Shown here in pieces: positions 56,925 to 64,000 of a stretch of DNA of 64,000 nucleotides (position 1 is its first letter; each line of letters starts with the position of its first letter). The position numbers and the translations under genes are program-made. The DNA lies in IMG/VR virus record IMGVR_UViG_3300027759_000002, positions 32,001-96,000 of that record; one strand, 5' to 3'. The DNA is from a virus. Under the pieces are notes generated by a model. The model made no database searches. It was not told where the DNA came from and saw only the letters and a list, made by a program, of their open reading frames with translations.

Positions 56925-57940
56925 TGTCAACATATAATCGTGTCATAAGAAAACTGGTTGTAGGATTTGGTAATCTATTTGATAGCATTACTTTGTATAG
57001 ATTTAAACCAGACAATACCGAATCAGAAAGATTTATTGTTCCTATTGCGTATGCAAGTAAAGAACGTTATGTCATGCGCCTTGAGGAAGATTTAAACCTA
57101 GATAAAAAAGTTCAATTGACTTTACCACGTATGTCATTTGAGATGGCCGGATTATCATACGATTCAAGTAGAAAACAAAACACAAACATTAAAAACTTTT
57201 CGGGAACTCCACCCACAGGAATACTTTCGCAATACAATCCAGTACCATACAATTTTGATTTTAATCTTTACATCTATGTACGTAACATAGAAGATGGTAC
57301 ACAAATCATTGAACACATTTTACCATTCTTCACACCAGATTATACGATTAAATTAAACCTTATTCCTGAGATGGGAATTATCAAAGAAGTTCCTGTTATT
57401 TTAAACTCCACACAACATGAAATTACTTATGAGGGTGGTAGAGATAATGAAACTAGAATGATTGTTTGGACATTAAACTTTACAGTCAAAGGTTTTATAT
57501 TCGGTAAGGTTACAGAGACTAGTGTTATCAATCGTGCCTTTGTTTCTGTATACAACCTAGTGTCACAAGAAGAAGTAATTGAATTTTACATGAACTTAGA
57601 TTCCGGTTACGGAACATATAAAGTGGGTGAAAAAGTATATCAAGGTTACACCTCAGATGATGCAACAGCAACAGGCATGGTTGTTCAATTTACAGATAAT
57701 GTATTGAGACTAAAAGAACTAACAGGAAACTTCGTGTCAGACAAACCTATATACGGAATTAACACATTGGCAAATTATAACTTTACATCATACAACTTGA
57801 ACCCATTGAAATTCGTTGAAGTCGATTCGATTGGTAGAGTTAGTACAGATATTGACTATATGTCAGTTGATAAAGAAGACGCTAAGGCTGATAACACATT
57901 GGCTGAAGTTACTACAATCAATAAAGCTGCAAATCAGTAA
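56924..57940 (+). CDS. gp15: tail sheath stabiliser/terminator gp15
   Basis: IRKLVVGFGNLF..VPIAYA..LPRMSFEM..YD..RK..PVPYNFDF.L..QIIEHILPFFTP. Confidence 0.92.
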   Translation: MSTYNRVIRKLVVGFGNLFDSITLYRFKPDNTESERFIVPIAYASKERYVMRLEEDLNLDKKVQLTLPRMSFEMAGLSYDSSRKQNTNIKNFSGTPPTGILSQYNPVPYNFDFNLYIYVRNIEDGTQIIEHILPFFTPDYTIKLNLIPEMGIIKEVPVILNSTQHEITYEGGRDNETRMIVWTLNFTVKGFIFGKVTETSVINRAFVSVYNLVSQEEVIEFYMNLDSGYGTYKVGEKVYQGYTSDDATATGMVVQFTDNVLRLKELTGNFVSDKPIYGINTLANYNFTSYNLNPLKFVEVDSIGRVSTDIDYMSVDKEDAKADNTLAEVTTINKAANQ

Positions 57941-57958
57941 ACAAAACGAGAGAAATAA

Positions 57959-59701
57959 ATGGCTAAACAAACTATCAATATTGGTATTAGAGCAAATGAT
58001 GGCAAAGGCGATTCATTAAGAACGGCTTTTACTAAAACAAATAACAACTTTACTGAGTTGTATACTACAGTTGCTTTGCGTTCCAATACATCAAATACGT
58101 ATTATGAAACCAACCAAGAGTTGGCACAAAATGCTTTCAACAAAGCAAACACTGCTTCGTTGGGTGATATTTTATTTGATAAAACCACAATGTATAGTAA
58201 TACAAAGGTTGAAATTGCTACAGACCCAAATGAACGTAGAGCTTGGGGTATGTTGTTTGGCCAAATAGATACACAAGCCAACAATGCATATGGCCACAGT
58301 GTTGCATTTGATTCTGCAAATAATATTGTAGTATCAATGACAACACAGAATGAAGTTACTGGTTTACCACAGGCAACAGTTATTAAATTTGATCCATATG
58401 GTTCAATATATTGGAGAAAATCTGTTCCTGCGGCCAACGTGAGTGGAACACTAGTAGCAAGTTATGGTGACTCTGTAACAGTTGACGGAAATAACAACAT
58501 ATACCTATTGACAAACATTCCTTCCGACAGGTCAACCCGTGTTACAAAATTCAATTATCTTGGACAAAATGTTTGGAACACTTTAGTTACGGATTCAATT
58601 GGTTCTAAAGATATATGTGTTGATGATGAAGATTTTCCTTATTATACTGGTGAACACAACTTAATTACAGGCCTCGATATTACAGGCGAATTGTATTTTA
58701 CATTTTACAATGCAGGCACTGCGGCAAACGCATCAGTTATTATTGCTTTACCTAATCGTGGTGGTTTGTTAGTTGGCTCAGCAAACGGCCAAGTCCATAA
58801 GTTTGATACAGAAGGTGTTTACATTAGAACAAGTAATGTTAACAAATATGGAAACACAATCATTGGGCTAAGTTACGATTCTTCAAACAATTGGTATGCT
58901 GCAACGAATACAAACATCTATATGTTTAGAGCAAACAACCAATTGGTTTGGGAAAAAGAAATAACTGGTGTAACATCACCAAAAATTAATTGGATTAAGT
59001 ATAGTAATAATTATCTATATGTAAACGGAACAACCACAGACCCTAACAGTAAAACTGGATTCATTAATTACAAGGTGCTTGCATCTAATGGTTATCTTGC
59101 TTGGGCAAATTCACTTCAGGTTCCAGGTGCAGGTCAAAGTATTAGACTTGGTCATAGACAGATGGATGTGAAAGGTGATTTTCTTGTTGGTACTGGATAT
59201 GCGTATCCAAATGGCAGTACAAAAGCAATTGCAATTACCTATGAATTACCAATAGACGGAACTTTACCTGGTCTGTATGCATATTCAAGTTCAACCAAAT
59301 GGGGCGACTTTACATATGTGAAAGTACCATCTGCAGCAACCACAACAAGTACAACAGTTGGTAGTGGAAACACAACAGTAACGCTTGCTATCAATACAAC
59401 ATATTCATATACAATGAATGCTGTTACTTATCAAAATCCTAGTCCAGAAAATGAACAAACAGTTGATTATTTTAATGAACAATGGGAATTTACAAGCAAC
59501 GGAACAATTGTTATACCTTCTTCAGGTTCAAGCAATGTAGCTTTGGATCTAAGTGGAAAATCTTTTGCGAATGTTGCAAGTATTCAATTCGCAAACAATA
59601 CAATTCAAGTTGGTGCTTCTGTACCTTTGGCTAATCTAAAGGTACTGGTTGCAGCATCATCTGACTTCAATGACTTTAAGAGTAGAATCGCAGCATTATA
59701 A
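57959..59701 (+). CDS. gp9/gp10-like N-terminal anchor fused to beta-propeller repeats
   Basis: KQTINIG..NDGKGDSLR.AF.K.N.NFTELY is the T4 gp9/gp10 N-terminal motif. Repeated (F/V/Y)D..NN(I/W)Y blades follow. Confidence 0.65.
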   Translation: MAKQTINIGIRANDGKGDSLRTAFTKTNNNFTELYTTVALRSNTSNTYYETNQELAQNAFNKANTASLGDILFDKTTMYSNTKVEIATDPNERRAWGMLFGQIDTQANNAYGHSVAFDSANNIVVSMTTQNEVTGLPQATVIKFDPYGSIYWRKSVPAANVSGTLVASYGDSVTVDGNNNIYLLTNIPSDRSTRVTKFNYLGQNVWNTLVTDSIGSKDICVDDEDFPYYTGEHNLITGLDITGELYFTFYNAGTAANASVIIALPNRGGLLVGSANGQVHKFDTEGVYIRTSNVNKYGNTIIGLSYDSSNNWYAATNTNIYMFRANNQLVWEKEITGVTSPKINWIKYSNNYLYVNGTTTDPNSKTGFINYKVLASNGYLAWANSLQVPGAGQSIRLGHRQMDVKGDFLVGTGYAYPNGSTKAIAITYELPIDGTLPGLYAYSSSTKWGDFTYVKVPSAATTTSTTVGSGNTTVTLAINTTYSYTMNAVTYQNPSPENEQTVDYFNEQWEFTSNGTIVIPSSGSSNVALDLSGKSFANVASIQFANNTIQVGASVPLANLKVLVAASSDFNDFKSRIAAL

Positions 59702-59715
59702 ACTAAGTTAAAAAT

Positions 59716-60129
59716 ATGAATACATTTGACAAAAACATGGAAAAATTATTTGATGTAACACCGGTAGAACAAGAAGTAAAACCTCTGTTACCGGTAGTTA
59801 CTAAGACTGAAGAAGGTCCAGATTTAAAAACAGATTTACAAGATGCCTATGAACAAACAAAGGACAATCTACAAGAGTTGATTGATAATGGCAAAGATGC
59901 AATGGAAGAACTACGAAACATTGCATCTGCGGGACAACATCCACGGGCATTTGAGGTCTATGCAACACTACTAAAGAATGTTGTTGATGCGAACAAAGAA
60001 CTTCTGGCGGTACAAAAACAAATGCGTACAATGGATGGTAAACAAAAAGAAGGTGATACCAAAATTGATAAAGCCATTTTCGTTGGTTCAACCGCTGAAT
60101 TAAATAAACTTTTAAAAAGTAAAGAATGA
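59716..60129 (+). CDS. gp16: terminase small subunit gp16
   Basis: HPRAFEVYATLLK..N..FVGSTAEL.KLLK. Directly precedes gp17. Confidence 0.88.
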   Translation: MNTFDKNMEKLFDVTPVEQEVKPLLPVVTKTEEGPDLKTDLQDAYEQTKDNLQELIDNGKDAMEELRNIASAGQHPRAFEVYATLLKNVVDANKELLAVQKQMRTMDGKQKEGDTKIDKAIFVGSTAELNKLLKSKE

Positions 60130-61823
60130 TTGATAATGTCGATTTAAAATTTGGTGAAGCATACCGAGATAATCCATTACTTAAAAAGGCCGGTGTTAAG
60201 GTAGAGTATACACAGGAACAAGTTGATGAATATATAAAATGTGCTAAAGACCCTGTTTATTTTTCAAAAAATTATATCAAGATTGTTAACGTTGATGAAG
60301 GTCTAATCAACTTTAAGATGTGGCCATTCCAAGAAAAGATGTTAAAACTTTTCAAAGACAACCGGTTCGTTATCACTAAATGTCCTCGACAGGTTGGTAA
60401 AACTACAACCACGGTAGCGTATATGTTATGGGCAACCATATTTACCGACCAACAAAACTGTGCAGTTCTAGCAAACAAGGGTGCTTTGGCTCGTGATATT
60501 TTGTCCAAATACCAACTTGCATATGAAAATTTACCAATGTGGTTACAACAAGGTATCGTTACATGGAACAAAGGTAACGTAGAACTTGAAAATGGTTCCA
60601 AAATTGTTGCTGCATCCACTTCATCATCTGCAATTCGTGGAGGTTCTTTTAACATTGTATTCTTGGATGAATTTGCTTTCGTACCAAACAATATTGCGGA
60701 AGAATTCTTCAACTCTGTTTACCCTGTAATTTCATCAGGTAAAAAGACAAAGATTATTATTGTGTCTACACCTAATGGTATGAATCTATTTTACAAGTTA
60801 TGGATGGACTCAATCAATAAGAAGAATAATTATATTAATTTTGAAATACATTGGTCACAAGTACCTGGTCGAGATGAAAAATGGAAAGAAGAAACAATTC
60901 GCAACACTTCTCAACGACAATTCTCACAAGAGTTTGAGACTGAGTTTTTAGGTTCCTCAAACACTTTGGTTTCTGGTTACAAACTGCAACAGTTGGTATA
61001 TACCGACCCAATTGCGAATCACGACTTGTTAAAAATATATGAACATCCGGTTAAAGAAGGTGTAAATGAATCTAAATCCGACCACCTATATGCAATCACG
61101 GTTGATGTTTCAGAAGGTAGAAATCTTGATAGTTCGGCCTTCTCTGTAATTGATATCTCACAGACACCATATAAACAAGTGGCAACCTATAAGAGTTCAT
61201 CAATTACACCTATATTATTTCCAACAGTCATCTATAATGCAGCGAGATATTATAACGATGCTTATGTTTTGGTGGAAATTAATAACAATCCTCAGGTAGC
61301 AGACTCATTACATTCAGATTTTGAGTATGAGAATCTTTGGAAGATATTTACAGGCAATAAGAAACCGCAACAATTGTCGGCTGGATTTGCCCGTGGTGTT
61401 CAAATGGGATTAAAAATGTCTCCTCAGGTCAAGGCAATTGGTTGTTCAAACCTTAAGACTTTGATTGAAGGTGACAAATTGTTGATTCAAGATTTTGATA
61501 CATACTCCGAGTTGACCACTTTTATTCAGCAAAAGAATTCCTTTAGTGCAGAAGATGGTGCAAATGACGATATGGTCATGTCTCTGGTCATGTTTTCTTG
61601 GGTAACAACCCAACAGTATTTTAAAGAGATTGTTAACCACGACATACGTAAACAGATTCAGTTAGAAAATATGAATCAAATGGATGATGACGTTTTGCCA
61701 GCTCCAATCATCGAAGATGGTTTGGAACATGATTTTGAGATTATGGGTGGTGACATGTGGGAAGTTGCAGACGGTGGAGAAACGTATGCAAAGTTTATGA
61801 GAAACAGATTGGAAAGGTTATAA
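60126..61823 (+). CDS. gp17: terminase large subunit gp17
   Basis: Walker A PRQVGKTTT, Walker B IVFLDEFAF, nuclease motifs TVDVSEG and DDMVMS. Confidence 0.96.
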   Translation: MIDNVDLKFGEAYRDNPLLKKAGVKVEYTQEQVDEYIKCAKDPVYFSKNYIKIVNVDEGLINFKMWPFQEKMLKLFKDNRFVITKCPRQVGKTTTTVAYMLWATIFTDQQNCAVLANKGALARDILSKYQLAYENLPMWLQQGIVTWNKGNVELENGSKIVAASTSSSAIRGGSFNIVFLDEFAFVPNNIAEEFFNSVYPVISSGKKTKIIIVSTPNGMNLFYKLWMDSINKKNNYINFEIHWSQVPGRDEKWKEETIRNTSQRQFSQEFETEFLGSSNTLVSGYKLQQLVYTDPIANHDLLKIYEHPVKEGVNESKSDHLYAITVDVSEGRNLDSSAFSVIDISQTPYKQVATYKSSSITPILFPTVIYNAARYYNDAYVLVEINNNPQVADSLHSDFEYENLWKIFTGNKKPQQLSAGFARGVQMGLKMSPQVKAIGCSNLKTLIEGDKLLIQDFDTYSELTTFIQQKNSFSAEDGANDDMVMSLVMFSWVTTQQYFKEIVNHDIRKQIQLENMNQMDDDVLPAPIIEDGLEHDFEIMGGDMWEVADGGETYAKFMRNRLERL

Positions 61824-61834
61824 AACCAGCCTTT

Positions 61835-61842
61835 CATAAATA
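61835..61842 (+). promoter_or_regulatory. T4-type late promoter (CATAAATA)
   Basis: Intergenic consensus match upstream of gp18. Confidence 0.7.
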
Positions 61843-61890
61843 CTCTTATGGTATTTTGCCAAAAGAACATAATAATTCAAGGAGAATAAA

Positions 61891-63582
61891 ATGGCATTTC
61901 AAATCTCTCCAGGCGTAAATGTAGCTGAGGTGGACGCAACAACAGTTGTACCCGCAGTTCAACAGACCGCTGGTGCATTTGCTGGAACATTTCAATGGGG
62001 TCCGGCAGACAAGGTAAAACAGATAGATAGTGAAATAACACTAGTAAGCACATATGGTAAACCTAATTCGGATTCAGCAGTATCATTCTTTACTGCTGCA
62101 AACTTTCTGTCTTATGGTAATAACTTAAGTATTGTACGTGCGGTTGGTGCATTAGCAAACAATGCAACCGATGGTAGTACATTGAATGTACAAATTAAAA
62201 ACGAAGATGTTTACGAGTCTACTTATTTAAATACCAACAACGGCAATAATTATGGTCCATTTGCGGCCAGATATCCGGGTGTTTTAGGAAACTCTATCAC
62301 TGTTGCTGTTTGTGCAAACAATCAAACATATAGCACATGGGCATACAAAAATTATTTCACATCTGCACCAGGCACATCAGATTTTGCTGATTCTGTTAAT
62401 GGTGTAAAAGATGAAATGCACATTGTTGTTATTGACCAAGACGGATTGTTTACAGGTTCTGCCGGTTCAATCTTAGAAACATATGGTTTCGTTTCAGCCG
62501 CATCAGATGCGGTTATCAACGGTGTCACAAACTACTACAAACAAGTTATTTTTAATAACTCAAAGTATGTTTATGCAATGGATCCTGTTAATTATGCAAC
62601 AACAAGTGCTACATGGGGTCAAAGTGCAGCAGGTAGAACTTTTGCAAATCCAGCAACCAACCAAGTAATTAATTTAGCTACGGGTTCTTCTGTTGCACCT
62701 ACTGATGGAAACTTACAACTAGCTTACGATTTGTTTGCTAACAAAGAATCTATTGACGTTGCATTGGTACTAACAGGCGGACATTCAATTACAGTTCAAC
62801 AATATGTTATTGATAACATTGCTGTTGGTCGTGCAGACTGTGTGGCTTTTATATCTCCAAGATATGCAGACGTAGTTAATAAAGCAGGCAACGAAACAAC
62901 TAATATACAAGATTGGTTAACAACACTATCAAGAAGTTCTTCTTATGTTGTTGCTGATTCTGGATGGAAATATCAATTCGACAAATACAACAATACATAT
63001 CGTTGGATACCATTAAACGGTGATATTGCTGGATTGTGCGTATACACAGATAACATTCGTGACCCATGGTTCTCACCAGCTGGTTTCAACCGTGGTGCAA
63101 TTAAGAACTCTATCAAATTGGCATGGAATCCAAACAAGTCATTCCGTGATACATTGTATGCAGCGGGTGTTAATCCAGTTGTATCATTCCCAGGTCAAGG
63201 CACAGTATTGTTTGGTGACAAAACATTGTTAAACAAACCATCAGCATTCGACCGTATCAATGTTCGCCGTTTGTTTATTACACTTGAAAAAGCAATTGCA
63301 CAAGCTGCCAAGTTCTCAATGTTTGAATTGAATGATGAATTTACAAGAGCACAATTTATTGCTTTAGTATCACCATTCTTACGTGACATTCAAGGACGCC
63401 GTGGTTTGACAGACTTTAGAGTTGTTTGTGATTCAACAAACAACACACAACAAGTTATTGATAGCAACCAATTCGTTGGAGATATCTACCTTAAACCCGC
63501 ACGTTCAGTAAATTACATTCAGTTGAACTTTATTGCTGTTGGTACTGGTGTTGACTTCGTAACAATCGTTGGCGCAGCTTAA
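61891..63582 (+). CDS. gp18: tail sheath protein gp18
   Basis: SPGVNVAEVD..F.WGP..WFSPAGFNRG..GDKT..AFDRINVRRLF..FELNDEFTR..IYLKPARSVNYIQLNF. Confidence 0.96.
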   Translation: MAFQISPGVNVAEVDATTVVPAVQQTAGAFAGTFQWGPADKVKQIDSEITLVSTYGKPNSDSAVSFFTAANFLSYGNNLSIVRAVGALANNATDGSTLNVQIKNEDVYESTYLNTNNGNNYGPFAARYPGVLGNSITVAVCANNQTYSTWAYKNYFTSAPGTSDFADSVNGVKDEMHIVVIDQDGLFTGSAGSILETYGFVSAASDAVINGVTNYYKQVIFNNSKYVYAMDPVNYATTSATWGQSAAGRTFANPATNQVINLATGSSVAPTDGNLQLAYDLFANKESIDVALVLTGGHSITVQQYVIDNIAVGRADCVAFISPRYADVVNKAGNETTNIQDWLTTLSRSSSYVVADSGWKYQFDKYNNTYRWIPLNGDIAGLCVYTDNIRDPWFSPAGFNRGAIKNSIKLAWNPNKSFRDTLYAAGVNPVVSFPGQGTVLFGDKTLLNKPSAFDRINVRRLFITLEKAIAQAAKFSMFELNDEFTRAQFIALVSPFLRDIQGRRGLTDFRVVCDSTNNTQQVIDSNQFVGDIYLKPARSVNYIQLNFIAVGTGVDFVTIVGAA

Positions 63583-63588
63583 TAAATA
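63581..63588 (+). promoter_or_regulatory. T4-type late promoter (AATAAATA)
   Basis: Consensus match upstream of gp19. Confidence 0.55.
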
Positions 63589-63607
63589 AACGATATAGGA
63601 GAAAACA

Positions 63608-64000
63608 ATGGCATTTAATGTATCAGAATTCAGAGCTAATATGATTGGAGACGGAGCACGTCCTAATTTATTCTCTGTCTCTTTAATATTTCCATCAAAC
63701 GTAACAAACTCAACATCTGCTGGCCAAAAACTAACCTTTATGGCCAAAACAGCACAACTACCAGGTTCTTCAATCGGTACAGTTCCAGTATTTTACTTTG
63801 GACGTGAGATGAAGTTTCCAGGTAACAGAACTTTTGCTGACTGGACATTGACAATCATTAACGATGAAGATTTTGCAATCAGAAATTCTTTAGAAAACTG
63901 GATGAACTCTATCAATAGTCACTCAGGTAACATAAGAAGCGGTGCAGCAAGAAATTCTAATGGTTATTCTGTTGATGCAAACGTTATTCAATATGGTAAA
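63608..64000 (+). CDS. gp19: tail tube protein gp19, 3'-truncated by window
   Basis: Not in the supplied ORF track because it has no stop. Translates as MAFNVSEFRANMIGDGARPNLF..AKTAQLPGSSIG..FGREMKFPGNRTFADWTLTIINDEDF.IR. Confidence 0.92.
   Translation, partial: MAFNVSEFRANMIGDGARPNLFSVSLIFPSNVTNSTSAGQKLTFMAKTAQLPGSSIGTVPVFYFGREMKFPGNRTFADWTLTIINDEDFAIRNSLENWMNSINSHSGNIRSGAARNSNGYSVDANVIQYGK

Noticed and set aside
60126-61823. Intein or intron in terminase
   Set aside because: The ORF is continuous, of normal gp17 length, with no intein terminal motifs or homing endonuclease signature.
302-63747. Numerous minus-strand and alternate-frame ORFs in the supplied track
   Set aside because: All lie inside longer + strand genes with recognisable motifs. 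They are shadows of Ala/Gly/Asn-rich codon usage, which has few antisense stops, and they show no independent protein motifs.
1-64000. Specific host or named phage assignment
   Set aside because: The gene style resembles aquatic T4-like phages, but no host marker genes lie in this window and no database search was possible.

Overview
This window is the virion-structure region of a large T4-like (Tevenvirinae/cyanophage-style) myophage genome. It is AT-rich, and every credible gene is on the + strand. Order: end of a probable baseplate hub gene; a gp5-like spike split into three ORFs with no lysozyme; gp25, gp6, gp7, gp8; a 2126-aa DUF4815/VrlC-like protein; about 37 kb (17.8-55.2 kb) of fibre, adaptor and adhesin-like genes; then gp13, gp14, gp15, an inserted gp9/gp10-anchored propeller protein, gp16, gp17, gp18 and the start of gp19. 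NATAAATA T4-type late promoters punctuate the intergenic gaps. The most interesting signal is the grammar of the fibre region. Specific C-terminal peptides are repeatedly followed by a matching class of small adaptor gene and then a matching class of N-terminus. Seven 59-aa knob domains, six glycine-rich domains (in two permuted arrangements) and a duplicated 5-6 gene cassette also occur. This suggests a modular, branched multi-adhesin appendage built with a peptide-adaptor code. That interpretation is inference from sequence patterns, not demonstrated. Family assignments come from motif recognition, not database searches. No tRNA, rRNA, CRISPR array, integrase, transposase or reverse transcriptase was seen.
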